64,000 nucleotides of DNA from Macrostomum lignano (Eukaryota). A program made the translations under genes and the position numbers. The DNA is taken from positions 62,001 to 126,000 of the forward strand of contig NIVC01000186.1 in the NCBI GenBank assembly GCA_002269645.1. Reading direction: 5' to 3'. Below, piece after piece: positions 52,601 to 64,000 of this stretch. The notes beneath the pieces are model-generated. The model worked only from the letters and a program-made list of their open reading frames with translations. It ran no database searches and was not told where the DNA came from. The number at the start of each line of letters is the position of its first letter. Positions within the stretch are counted from its first letter, which is position 1.

Positions 52601-55600
52601 AGTCAAGTAGCTGACTTGTGTTGAAGAGAGAGCGTGCACTGGAAGTCAAGTAGCTGACTTGTGTTGATGAGAGAGCGTGCACTGGAAGTCAAGTAGCTGA
52701 CTTGTGTTGAAGAGAGAGCGTGCACTGGAAGTCAAGTAGCTGACTTGTGTTGAAGAGAGAGCGTGCACTGGAAGTCAAGTAGCTGACTTGTGTTGAAGAG
52801 AGAGCGTGCACTGGAAGTCAAGTAGCTGACTTGTGTTGAAGAGAGAGCGTGCACTGGAAGTCAAGTAGCTGACTTGTGTTGAAGAGAGAGCGTGCACTGG
52901 AAGTCAAGTAGCTGACTTGTGTTGAAGAGAGAGCGTGCACTGGAAGTCAAGTAGCTGACTTGTGTTGAATAGTCCAGCTTGAAGTTCAAGAGCGGTCGCG
53001 AACTGAATAAATTCGTGGATTTAAGACTGGTGTCAAGTACCGTATTGCATATGATTAATGAGTGGGGAGTACATGTAAAGGTGTTCAGAGGTTTCCTAAA
53101 TATTAGTTAGAGTTTAGTACTTAAAAAGGAAGTTCAACTCAAGGAAGAGTTCAAACTCACGAAATTTTCAGTCGTTGAGCGGCCTCCTTAAACAATTCGA
53201 TAGCCATGCCAGTCCATCGTTGGTTTCCTATCAGGCGATTGCCACCTGCGTCAAAGTCCCTCTCCAGACTAAACGGCGGGTCGATGACAGTGGCAACAGT
53301 GAGGTTCAAGCCGCTCATGGACCGTTCGTAATGTTGCTCCTCCATGTTGGAGCCGACACGTGTGACACGGTAGCCTCTGTCCAGATTCCATTCGGCAAAC
53401 TGCAATCGGGTGCGCGAATGTGATTCGAGACTTTGATGCCTGTCAAGACTACCAGACCGAGTATTTTACTTGCCTTCATGTTCTGAATCAGGCGCGAACC
53501 GTTGGCGAGCTGAAATTTGAAGCGTTAATTAAAAAGAAACGAGTTAGAGTCATGATAGTCGACAAGACTGAGTGACTTCATCAACATCCCAACAGACTAG
53601 TCTATTGATATATCATGAGAACCTGCTCACTTGTAAGAGCTGTTGCTAATAAAGAGTAGCCACCGAATTTTTCGAGTACGAGTCACCACGGGAGATCCTG
53701 TGGATTCTAGCGGTTAAGATTGAACTGTCTGCATAACTATGTACTACGGGATTTTGGAGCGCAGTCCAATCAAATAAGAGCAGAAATGATTACCACTACC
53801 TGACTTTGAATCCCACTCATACGTTGCCCTACCCCGTGTGGGAATGTGCCACATGATAATCGATAATGTGCTCAAACCTCGTGCCGCGACATGTGCCTGA
53901 CGACGAAGGAGAAGTTGTAGTACTTCGCGCCGTCGAGTAGAACAACGCCAAGGCGATTGCGGATCTTGCTCTGAAAATAGCAAAGTACAGATTTATAGTT
54001 CGTTTGGTGTAACTCAACCTATTGAATCGAAAAATCGAAGCAGAGGTATAAATGACGAAATCAGTCAACCTCCAAAACGTGTCGAAATTCTCCAACTCTT
54101 GTCGTTAAAGGAGGCTGGCACCGCATCGAACTTTCTAATCCGATTTTCTCAGCAGTAAAAGCGATGGGAGCTGCGACTGTCCGCCAGGCTTCATAAGCAG
54201 CGTCAAGTAAAAGTTCCAAGGCTTCAGCGCGAGATCGGGTTGGCTGCAAGAAATGGGAGGGCTTGGAGTTAATGGCTTCGTGTCTATGGCTTTACATCTA
54301 TGGCCTTGCATCTATGGCCTTGAATCTATGGTTTTGTGTCTATGGCCTTGCGACATGGCTTTTTTTATTAGAGGCAGGGGGGTTGTGTGCACCCTGGCGC
54401 ACTTTAACAACCGGCGAGAGGCATTGCTGCCCATTCCGCCGACTCCCCTGAGCAGGCATACAAGCGCGCGGATACGTACGCAGGCACACACTCACACAGG
54501 AATGTACAGCGGCCCTAACTTTATTTTATCGTTAGGCATGTACACTTAACTGCGCCTTGGGGGGTTGGCTCACAAGGCCGTTAATTGCACGAGCAGAGCC
54601 AAGCGGAGATTCCAATTCAGCCCCAAATTAATGTGACTGCACTTGGAATCGAGCCTGGGTCGCTGGCACACCAGAGCCTGCGCTAGACCACTGGGCTACG
54701 GCCCCCTGCAACATGGCTTTGAATCTATGGTTTTGTGTCTATGGCCTTGCATCTATGGCATTGAATCTATGGTTTTGTGTCTATGGCCTTGCAACATGGC
54801 TTTAAATCTATGGTTTTGTGTCTATGGCCTTGCATCTATGGCCTTGAATCTATGGTTTTGTGTCTATGGCCTTGCATCTATGGCCTTGAATCTATGGTTT
54901 TGTGTCTATGGCCTTGCAACATGGCTTTGTTTGAATCTATGGTTTTGTGTCTATGGCCTGGCAACATGGCTTTGAATCTATGGTTTTGTGTCTATGGCCT
55001 TGCATCTATGGCCTTGAATCTATGGTTTTGTGTCTATGGCCTTGCATCTATGGCCTTGAATCTATGGTTTTGTGTCTATGGCTTTGCATCTATGGCCTTG
55101 AATCTATGGTTTTGTGTCTATGGCTTTGCATCTATGGCCTTGAATCTATGGTTTTGTGTCTATGACTTTGCATCTATGGCCTTGAATCTATGGTTTTGTG
55201 TCTATGGCTTTGCATCTATGGCCTTGAATCTATGGTTTTGTGTCTATGACTTTGCATCTATGGCCTTGAATCTATGGTTTTGTGTCTATGACTTTGCATC
55301 TATGGCCTTGAATCTATGGTTTTGTGTCTATGGCCTTGCAACATGGCTTTGAAAGGTTCGAAAAAAGTCACGAACGCTATCGATGCTCTCGCCGATGAAC
55401 CGGACGCCGCCTAGTTGGTGCGTTGTGAAATTCACTCCGTTGTTCAGCCTTGGCGCCACGTGGCGACCAAAGAATGCTTCGCTCAACTAAAAGCAGAAAT
55501 CAGGCGGCTATATGTCAGTTGCAATCTTGCAAAGCGAGCACTCTGTTTTGCTAGAATTACCACGTCAGAAATCAGAAGGAAGCTGTGCGCCATTCCGTTG

Positions 55601-57209
55601 AGGCCCGCCGCTTTGGCCTGGAAATAAGTATCGAGGAACGCTGCATTGCATAGCTATGTGTTCTCTTCCGAGATATCAAACTCCTCACTATGCATATTAT
55701 ATAAGTAGGCACTGCGGCCATTGTGGAAAATAATAAAATGCATCTCTTGCTAACCAATTTAAAGAAGTTTGGCAGGCTACGAATCGGCATGTCCACGACA
55801 AACCGGTGCAGAGTGCTCCGTTTGAGTCGGTGCAGCTGGTGCAGCGCCTTACTAGGCCTGCTCATGTCCAGCGGTCGAAACAGCACCGGCCCCAGCGGGT
55901 AGTTGAGCAGCGTCTGCACCTTTTCAAGGTCTTTATTCGGGCGTTGGGTGAAATGTGCTTTTTTATTTGTGATGAGGGTGATTGAGAACTTGTTTTAAAG
56001 TGGGCAACACAAACATGCATAGAAAAATGGGACACCCCCAGCCTTGAGACCGACTCACTGTCAAAGTTACTGTAGAAAACGATAAACTCTCTCCACATCG
56101 ACCAAATGACGTAATCAGAAATCGATCGGCTGCGCAGCTCTGGCGCCGGAAAGAAGCGGATGGCGTTGTGCAGCCAGTCGTCGGGGACTCGTTCGCCCTC
56201 CAGTGCGTCCAAGAAGATGCAGGTGACGTTGAAGGCGAGGCAGAAGCTGTTCAGGGCCGGATGGAATCCCGAGCCCGATACAGCCAGCAGGTGAGCGTCC
56301 GGTGGCAGCGACGACACAGCTCTGCAGACTGGGAGAGTCAGGCACACTGCTCAGCATCAAACAGCTCTGCAGACTGGGAGAGTCAGGCACACTGCTCAGC
56401 ATCAAACAGCTCTGCAGACTGGGAGAGTCAGGCACACTGCTCAGCATCAAACAGCTCTGCAGACTGGGAGAGTCAGGCACACTGCTCAGCATCAAACAGC
56501 TCTGCAGACTGGGAGAGTCAAGGCACACTGCTCAGCATCAAACAGCTCTGCAGACTGGGAGAGTCAGGCACACTGCTCAGCATCAAACAGCTCTGCAGAC
56601 TGGGAGAGTCAAGGCACACTGCTCAGCATCAAACAGCTCTGCAGACTGGGAGAGTCAAGGCACACTGCTCAGCATCAAACAGCTCTGCAGACTGGGAGAG
56701 TCAAGGCACACTGCTCAGCATCAAACAGCTCTGCAGACTGGGAGAGTCAAGTCACATTGCTTAGCAACCAATGAGTGACAGCTCTTTAAGGCAGCTCAGC
56801 AGGTACATGCAGCAGTAATTTTATCCCAATATCGATCAACTCACTCTCCGCCAATGCAAGTTCCTCAGAGTCCGGCAGCACAGCTGTGCGGTTGTGCAAA
56901 TCAATTTTGGCTGCACTCTCAGGATTCCCTGAAGCGATTAATTGACATGATCAGATGCATGCAGAACAGCATTCGCTGCAGTTTAGTCTCAATTTTAAAA
57001 ATCGAACAAACAGTTTCCGGAGTTGTAAAAAATTCTGCTGCAATTATCTACCGCAAAAAATGATAGAAATTTTCTATCTCACATGCGTGAAATCTCCATT
57101 CGACTCTTCCAGCGGTTGCTGCCGCCGTTGCCAAAGCGATTCCAGAGGTCAGAATGATGGCTCCCAGAGCCAGTAGTGACCGCAGATCAGCGTTGCACTT
57201 GGCGAGCAT
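49683..57209 (-). CDS. ionotropic glutamate receptor, non-NMDA type, paralog B, about 955 aa
   Basis: 15 exons with the same phases as paralog A: 57209-57083, 56328-56059, 55930-55755, 55617-55561, 55486-55376, 54243-54070, 53970-53878, 53509-53474 (GC donor), 53399-53161, 52451-52298, 52210-51931, 51320-51106, 50832-50598, 50484-50213, 50111-49683 (2868 nt). Same M2, M3 (SYTANLAAF), S2 and M4 motifs. Confidence 0.92.
49697..49905 (-). repeat. 21-bp coding minisatellite (AIATESP-type heptads) in the iGluR-B C-terminal tail
   Basis: About 10 in-frame units within the last exon. Confidence 0.88.
50538..50591. repeat. 13-bp repeat x4 in iGluR-B intron 13, homologous to the about 90-copy array in paralog A
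   Basis: Reverse complement of GATCCCAGATCCC, at the same distance from the donor. Confidence 0.92.
52516..52968. repeat. 43-bp intronic minisatellite, about 10 copies
   Basis: Unit AGTAGCTGACTTGTGTTGAAGAGAGAGCGTGCACTGGAAGTCA, in iGluR-B intron 9. Confidence 0.95.
54290..55350. repeat. 42-bp minisatellite interrupted by a SINE
   Basis: Unit CTATGGCCTTGCATCTATGGCCTTGAATCTATGGTTTTGTGT on both sides of 54361-54706. Confidence 0.93.
54361..54706 (-). mobile_element. tRNA-derived SINE family 1, full length
   Basis: Minus-strand head GGGGCCGTAGCCCAGTGGTCTAGCGC...GGCTCGATTCC and an A-rich tail. Flanked by TGC(G/A)ACATGGCTTT, a possible TSD. Confidence 0.85.
56316..56750. repeat. 45/46-bp minisatellite, about 9 copies, spanning the iGluR-B exon 2 acceptor
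   Basis: Reverse complement of the 10090-10552 unit; some distal copies carry one extra base. Confidence 0.95.
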
Positions 57210-57385
57210 ACTTCTCGCTTGTAAAAATAGTTTTAATCCAGAATCTGGTTTGGTAAACATGTTTAATTTGCTTTTTTTAGTAGATTGCAGATTGTAGATT
57301 GCATGTAGTTTAAGTTAGTAGATACTAGATAGTAGATAGTAGAGAGAAGATTGTAGATTATAGATAGTTAATACTAGTGAATGAA

Positions 57386-60300
57386 GTCTAAGTGGTATAG
57401 TGGGGGGCTGGCCACCCCCCACGCCCCTGGCATTAGTTAGTCTAGTGGTATAGTGGGTGGCTGGCCGCCCCCACGCCCCTGGCATTAGTTAGTCTAGTGG
57501 TATAGTGGGGGCTGGCCGCCCCCCACGCCCCTGGCATTAGTTAGTCTAGTGGTATAGTGGGGGCTGGCCGCCCCCCACGCCCCTGGCATTAGTTAGTCTA
57601 GTGGTATAGTGGGGGGCTGGCCGCCCCCACGCCCCTGGCATTAGTTAGTCTAGTGGTATAGTGGGGGGCTGGCCGCCCCCCACGCCCCTGGCATTAGTTA
57701 GTCTAGTGGTATAGTGGTATAGTGGGGGGCTAGCCGCCCCCCACGCCCCTGGCATTAGTTAGTCTAGTGGTATAGTGGGGGGCTGGCCGCCCCCACGCCC
57801 CTGGCATTAGTTAGTCTAGTGGTATAGTGGGGGGCTGGCCGCCCCCCACGCCCCTGGCATTAGTTAGTCTAGTGGTATAGTGGGGGGCTGGCCACCCCCA
57901 CGCCCCTGGCATTAGTTAGTCTAGTGGTATAGTGGGGGGCTGGCCACCCCCCACGCCCCTGGCATTAGTTAGTCTAGTGGTATAGTGGGGGGCTGGCCGC
58001 CCCCACGCCCCTGGCATTAGTTAGTCTAGTGGTATAGTGGGGGGCTGGCCGCCCCCACGCCCCTGGCATTAGTTAGTCTAGTGGTATAGTGGGGGGCTGG
58101 CCGCCCCCACGCCCCTGGCATTAGTTAGTCTAAGTGGTATAGTGGGGGCTGGCCGCCCCCCACGCCCCTGGCATTAGTTAGTCTAGTGGTATAGTGGGGG
58201 GCTGGCCGCCCCCCACGCCCCTGGCATTAGTTAGTCTAGTGGTATAGTGGGGGCTGGCCGCCCCCCACGCCCCTGGCATTAGTTAGTCTAAGTGGTATAG
58301 TGGGGGGCTGGCCGCCCCCCACGCCCCTGGCATTAGTTAGTCTAGTGGTATAGTGGGGGGCTGGCCACCCCCACGCCCCTGGCATTAGTTAGTCTAGTGG
58401 TATAGTGGGGGGCTGGCCGCCCCCCACGCCCCTGGCATTTATTAGTCTAGTGGTATAGTGGGGGGCTCGCCGCCCCCCACGCCCCTGGCATTAGTTAGTC
58501 TAAGTGGTATAGTGGGGGGCTGGCCGCCCCCCACGCCCCTGGCATTAGTTAGTCTAGTGGTATAGTGGTATAGTGGGGGGCTGGCCGCCCCCCACACACC
58601 TGGCATTAGTTAGTCTAGTGGTATAGTAGGGGGCTGGCCGCCCCCCACGCCCCTGGCATTAGTTAGTCTAGTGGTATAGTGGGGGGCTGGCCGCCCCCAC
58701 GCCCCTGGCATTAGTTAGTCTAGTGGTATAGTGGGGGCTGGCCGCCCCCCACGCCCCTGGCATCAGTTAGTCTAAGTGGTATAGTGGGGGCTTGCCGCCC
58801 CCCACGCCCCTGGCATTAGTTAGTCTAGTGGTATAGTGGGGGGCTGGCCACCCCCCACGCCCCTGGCATTAGTTAGTCTAGTGGTATAGTGGGGGCTGGC
58901 CGCCCCCCACGCCCCTGGCATTAGTTAGTCTAGTGGTATAGTGGGGGGCTGGCCGCCCCCCACGCCCCTGGCATTAGTTAGTCTAGTGGTATAGTGGGGG
59001 GCTGGCCGCCCCCCACGCCCCTGGCATTAGTTAGTCTAAGTGGTATAGTGGGGGCTGCCGCCCCCACGCCCCTGGCATTAGTTAGTCTAGTGGTATAGTG
59101 GGGGGCTGGCCGCCCCCCACGCCCCTGGCATTAGTTAGTCTAGTGGTATAGTGGTATAGTGGGGGGGCTAGCCGCCCCCCACGCCCCTGGCATTAGTTAG
59201 TCTAGTGGTATAGTGGGGAGCTCGCCGCCCCCCACGCCCCTGGCATTAGTTAGTCTAGTGGTATAGTAGGGGGCTGGCCGCCCCCCACGCCCCTGGCATT
59301 TATTAGTCTAGTGGTATAGTGGGGGCTAGCCGCCCCCACGCCCCTGGCATTAGTTAGTCTAGTGGTATAGTGGGGGGCTGCCTGCCCCCCACGCCCCTGG
59401 CATTAGTTAGTCTAGTGGTATAGTGGGGGGCTGGCCACCCCCCACGCCCCTGGCATTAGTTAGTCTAGTGGTATAGTGGGGGGCTGGCCACCCCCCACGC
59501 CCCTGGCATTAGTTAGTCTAGTGGTATAGTGGGGGGCTGGCCGCCCCCCACGCCCCTGGCATTAGTTAGTCTAGTGGTATAGTGGGGGCTGGCCGCCCCC
59601 CACGCCCCTGGCATTAGTTAGTCTAGTGGTATAGTGGGGGGCTGGCCGCCCCCCACGCCCCTGGCATTAGTTAGTCTAAGTGGTATAGTGGGGGGCTGGC
59701 CGCCCCCCACGCCCCTGGCATTAGTTAGTCTAGTGGTATAGTGGGGGGCTGGCCGCCCCCCACGCCCCTGGCATTAGTTAGTCTAGTGGTATAGTGGGGG
59801 CTGGCCGCCCCCCACGCCCCTGGCATTAGTTAGTCTAAGTGGTATAGTGGGGGGCTGGCCGCCCCCCACGCCCCTGGCATTAGTTAGTCTAGTGGTATAG
59901 TGGGGGGCTGGCCACCCCCACGCCCCTGGCATTAGTTAGTCTAGTGGTATAGTGGGGGGCTGGCCGCCCCCACGCCCCTGGCATTTATTAGTCTAGTGGT
60001 ATAGTGGGGGGCTCGCCGCCCCCCACGCCCCTGGCATTAGTTAGTCTAAGTGGTATAGTGGGGGGCTGGCCGCCCCCCACGCCCCTGGCATTAGTTAGTC
60101 TAGTGGTATAGTGGTATAGTGGGGGGCTGGCCGCCCCCACGCCCCTGGCATTAGTTAGTCTAGTGGTATAGTGGGGGGCTGGCCGCCCCCCACGCCCCTG
60201 GCATTAGTTAGTCTAGTGGTATAGTGGGGGCTGGCCGCCCCCCACGCCCCTGGCATTAGTTAGTCTAAGTGGTATAGTGGGGGCTTGCCGCCCCCACGCC

Positions 60301-60810
60301 CCTGGCATTAGTTAGTCTAGTGGTATAGTGGGGGGCTGGCCACCCCCACGCCCCTGGCATTAGTTAGTCTAGTGGTATAGTGGGGGCTGGCCGCCCCCCA
60401 CGCCCCTGGCATTAGTTAGTCTAGTGGTATAGTGGGGGGCTGGCCGCCCCCCACGCCCCTGGCATTAGTTAGTCTAGTGGTATAGTAGGGGGCTGGCCGC
60501 CCCCACGCCCCTGGCATTTATTAGTCTAGTGGTATAGTGGGGGCTGGCCGCCCCCACGCCCCTGGCATTAGTTTCTCTAGTGGTATAGTGGGGGGCTGGC
60601 CGCCCCCCACGCCCCTGGCATTAGTTAGTCTAGTGGTATAGTGGGGGGCTGGCCGCCCCCACGCCACTGGCATTAGTTAGTCTAGTGGTATAGTGGGGGC
60701 TGGCCGCCCCCACACCCCTGGCATTAGTTTCTCTAGTGGTATAGTGGGGAGTTGGCCGCCCCCACGCCCCTGGCATTAGTTTGTCTAGTGGTATAGTGGA
60801 GGGCTGGCCG
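57386..60810. repeat. about 53-bp GC-hairpin satellite, about 65 copies
   Basis: Unit AGTGGTATAGTGGGGGGCTGGCCGCCCCCCACGCCCCTGGCATTAGTTAGTCT. Confidence 0.97.
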
Positions 60811-60814
60811 CCCC

Positions 60815-61110
60815 CACACCCCCGCTCCCCACCCCTCCCGCGCGTTGTTGTTGGGGAGGGTGGTTGTTGTTGTGGGGTTTGCGTAACGTGGGGGCTGCCG
60901 CCCCCACACCCCCGCTCCCCCACCCCTCCCGCGCGTTGTTGTTGGGGAGGGTGGTTGTTGTTGTGGGGTTTGCGTAACGTGGGGGCTGCCGCCCCCACAC
61001 CCCCGCTCCCCCACCCCTCCCGCACATTGTTGTTGGGGAGGGTGGTTGTTGTTGTGGGGTTTGCGTAACGTGGGGGCTGCCGCCCCCACACCCCCGCTCC
61101 CCCACCCCAC
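60815..61110. repeat. about 90-bp repeat x3 derived from the same hairpin core
   Basis: GGGGGCTGCCGCCCCCACACCCCCGCTCCCCC...GTTGTTGTTGGGGAGG...TTTGCGTAACGT units. Confidence 0.88.
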
Positions 61111-61392
61111 CCCTCCGCAACTTTTCCCACCTCTAACACATCTTTTTAGCATGCTAAAACTGCTTGTAAGCCTTTGGCGACCGCGCAACACATGATACTT
61201 GCCGATATGTATCGTAATATTCTTTCTGCACTAACAAATCATCTGTGCCGCACTTTCAGCTTCACTCTTACTCTTTAATAAGGTATAGAAGGAAAGGAAA
61301 ATTAAACAATCAATATTAAATTATATTCAAGTGAAAGAGAATTGAAAATACTAATAAATCCGTTCCTGCTAAAAAATTAAATATAAAAAAAA

Positions 61393-61475
61393 CTTGGCCC
61401 ACTTGGGATTCGAACCCGTGTTTAGGCCATTTACAAAGCAACTGCCTTCGGCCCCGATCCATCTCTTACTTAAGC
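61393..61475 (-). other. tRNA-like pseudo-sequence or SINE-head remnant
   Basis: Minus strand GGGTTCGAATCCC (T-loop/B-box) followed by ..GGGCCAAG and a T8 run. No convincing cloverleaf. Confidence 0.3.
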
Positions 61476-62939
61476 GAAGCTCTACAGTGCACGCCGTTTA
61501 TATCGAATATTCCCTATGGTAGCCACTTTTACGATTTTTGCTGCTTTTTCATACATTTCTGCTCGCTGCATCGCAGCGCCTTCATCTAAAAATGCGAGTC
61601 GCATGTCGTTACAGAGATAACATCAAGGCGCATTCATCTAATGCATTTTTAAAGTATGTCAACAAATTTTACGCCTCCTAGGCGCCAAATTGTGCATTTT
61701 CACCTGTTCTGACAGGTATTCAAACAGGTATTAAGACCTATTAACTTAAGAATCAGTTTTCAAAACTAATTTAGTTGCACAGTGCATCCATAGTGCTGTT
61801 TTTAGACACCAAAATTGAGTCTCTAGGCCTTGCCAATGCAGAGTTATTAGCAAAAGTATGCTCAAAATTTGCCCAAAAATAGCCTTCTCAAAATTCGGAG
61901 CCAATTTTCTCAAAAATACGAATTTTCCAGCCATATTGGCGTATGACCGGTGTAACTTCATCTATTCGACTAAACAATATTGAAAATGCAGAAAAATCGG
62001 TGCGCAAAATTTCTTATTTTTCCACTTCAAAGTTTGTACCCCAAAATGGGCCGTTTTTCACTTAACAGGTAAAAAGTACCTGTTAACAGGGGTTTTTTCA
62101 GGAGTGTCTTATGTCATTCAAAAGGGCATCCGATGGGCTACAATTTGACGCCATACTCGAAAAACTTTGCCCCATTTTAAAAAAATTTCCTTAACAACGT
62201 CTGATTTTCTGCAGTGCCCCCCGGCCTCTTTTTTCCCTGGTTTTCGGGTCACTGCTCAGCACAGGTAGGTCCAAATGCTTAGAAAATTTAGGAAAACAAA
62301 TTTCCATATGTTTGACACATCGTGTTAAAGTCTCACCACTGTAGCATAAAACACTTTTTCAAGTTTGAGGACTACTTTTTTAAAACGTGACCCAATTTTT
62401 TGAAAATGTCGTTTTTAGGCACTCTTTGGCACCTGGGCAGGTTATTGATGGCCCAATAAGCCAAATCTCGATGTTTCCGAATAGAAGACATCTATTTGAG
62501 TAATTTGGTGTAGAAATATTAAAAAATAAAGTTTTTAATCTCGACGAGATAGGCCTCACAAAAGTGCACTAAAAATTTGTACTTTTAAAGTGCAGATAGG
62601 CAGCCATGTGAAAAGTACATTTTAGCCCTAAAAACTATAGCGCATCAAACAGCCCCAGGTGTTATTGACGCTATGAGGCAGCTCAAAGGCCGCGCTATCG
62701 CGCGTCCTTTTCGCTGCGGTGAGGCAAAGTTGGAAAAAATGCCAATTTTTCGACCTCAAAAAACACGTTTTTTGTACTTTTAGCCTAGACGTTAAAGTAC
62801 AATAAAAAAATCCATTTCTGATCATTGTAGCGTTCGAATGCCCGCGTTTACTGAGCCAGCCCGCTAAGCGCTGCCATATTCTCAATCCTTATTTTTTGAG
62901 ATCAAAGTTTTTGACAAAGTCGAAAAAACGCAGTTTTTG

Positions 62940-62975
62940 GTTGCCATGGCAACCAAAACGCATTGCCATGGCAAC
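62940..62975. promoter_or_regulatory. two X-box-like palindromes (GTTGCCATGGCAAC)
   Basis: A perfect palindrome at 62940-62953 and a 13/14 copy at 62962-62975. Confidence 0.35.
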
Positions 62976-63325
62976 CAACTATTGTGCATCCGATAGCGCT
63001 AGGTCTTTGACACATTTTGGCAAAAACCGTTTGTAAATTGGTCGTACCGTTTTTTATTGGCAGCGTTTAAAAGTTGAAAAACGTCATTTTTAGTGTGTGC
63101 AACCACGTTACATCTTATCAGGGACGATTTCGCAAAAGTAAGCACCATAGAAAAAAATTCTCGCTTCGCTCGCCTTTTTTTCTATACTACTTACTGGCTC
63201 ATCGTCCCACAACTAGTGAATGAAGACGCTGTCGTCTTCAAAGGTGGGACGATGGGTATATATTGTGTCCATTATTGTTTATGGCTATGACATCTATTTA
63301 TTTAACCTAAATTGAGAGCTAAAAA

Positions 63326-64000
63326 GCCCCCCCCCACGCCCCTGGCATTAGTTAGTCTAGTGGTATAGTGGGGGGCTGGCCGCCCCCCACGCCCCTGGCA
63401 TTAGTTAGTCTAGTGGTAAAGTGGGGGCTGGCCGCCCCCACGCCCCTGGCATTAGTTATTCTAAGTGGTATACTGGGGGGCTGGCCGCCCCCCACGCCCC
63501 TGGCATTAGTTAGTCTAGTGGTATAGTGGGGGGCTGGCCGCCCCCCACGCCCCTGGCATTAGTTAGTCTAGTGGTATAGTGGGGGGCTGGCCGCCCCCCA
63601 CGCCCCTGGCATTAGTTAGTCTAGTGGTATAGTGGTATAGTGGGGGGCTAGCCGCCCCCCACGCCCCTGGCATTAGTTAGTCTAGTGGTATAGTAGGGGG
63701 CTGGCCGCCCCCCACGCCCTTGGCATTAGTTAGTCTAGTGGTATAGTGGGGGGCTGGCCGCCCCCACGCCCCTGGCATTAGTTAGTCTACGTGGTATAGT
63801 GGGGGGCTGGCCGCCCCCACGCCCCTGGCATTAGTTAGTCTAGTGGTATAGTGGTATAGTGGGGGGCTGGCCGCCCCCCCACGCCCCTGGCATTAGTTAG
63901 TCTAGTGGTATAGTAGGGGGCTGGCCGCCCCCCACGCCCCTGGCATTAGTTAGTCTAGTGGTATAGTGGGGGCTCACCGCACCCCACGCCCCTGGCATTA
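63326..64000. repeat. about 53-bp hairpin satellite resumes and runs off the window end
   Basis: Same unit and orientation as 57386-60810. Confidence 0.97.

Noticed and set aside
61393-61475. Functional tRNA gene
   Set aside because: Only the T-loop/B-box is good; the acceptor, D and anticodon stems do not pair convincingly.

Overview
Eukaryotic (invertebrate animal) genomic DNA with GC-rich spliced exons and introns packed with mini- and microsatellites. The style suggests a free-living flatworm such as Macrostomum, but this is inference only. Genes were reconstructed by hand from splice signals and phase. They are: the 3' part of a bestrophin gene (+, 2834-6466); a convergently oriented pair of 15-exon non-NMDA-type ionotropic glutamate receptor paralogs (A: +, 9477-18229, about 893 aa; B: -, 57209-49683, about 955 aa); a 4-exon calmodulin-like gene (-, 33274-29553); a single-exon putatively myristoylated protein (+, 27475-28005); and a tentative secreted beta-trefoil/FGF-like gene (+, about 43.2-47.0 kb). 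A very young 4.56 kb Ty3/gypsy LTR retrotransposon (20733-25288) sits inside a 41-bp satellite. There are two tRNA-derived SINE-like families, a MITE-like element and about 30 tandem arrays. The most unusual observations are: (1) minisatellites whose unit spans a splice junction, so that splice sites are multiplied in tandem in three different genes; (2) patchwork near-identity, including intronic sequence, between the two otherwise divergent iGluR paralogs, consistent with gene conversion; (3) a non-canonical iGluR ligand pocket; (4) reciprocal GC-AG/GT-AG donors between the paralogs; (5) clustered perfect MEF2 plus AP-1/CRE modules in the bestrophin region; and (6) two related hairpin-bearing 53-55 bp satellites in opposite orientation. 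No prokaryotic features, CRISPR arrays, rRNA or convincing intact tRNA were found. All alignments and counts were done by eye and are approximate.
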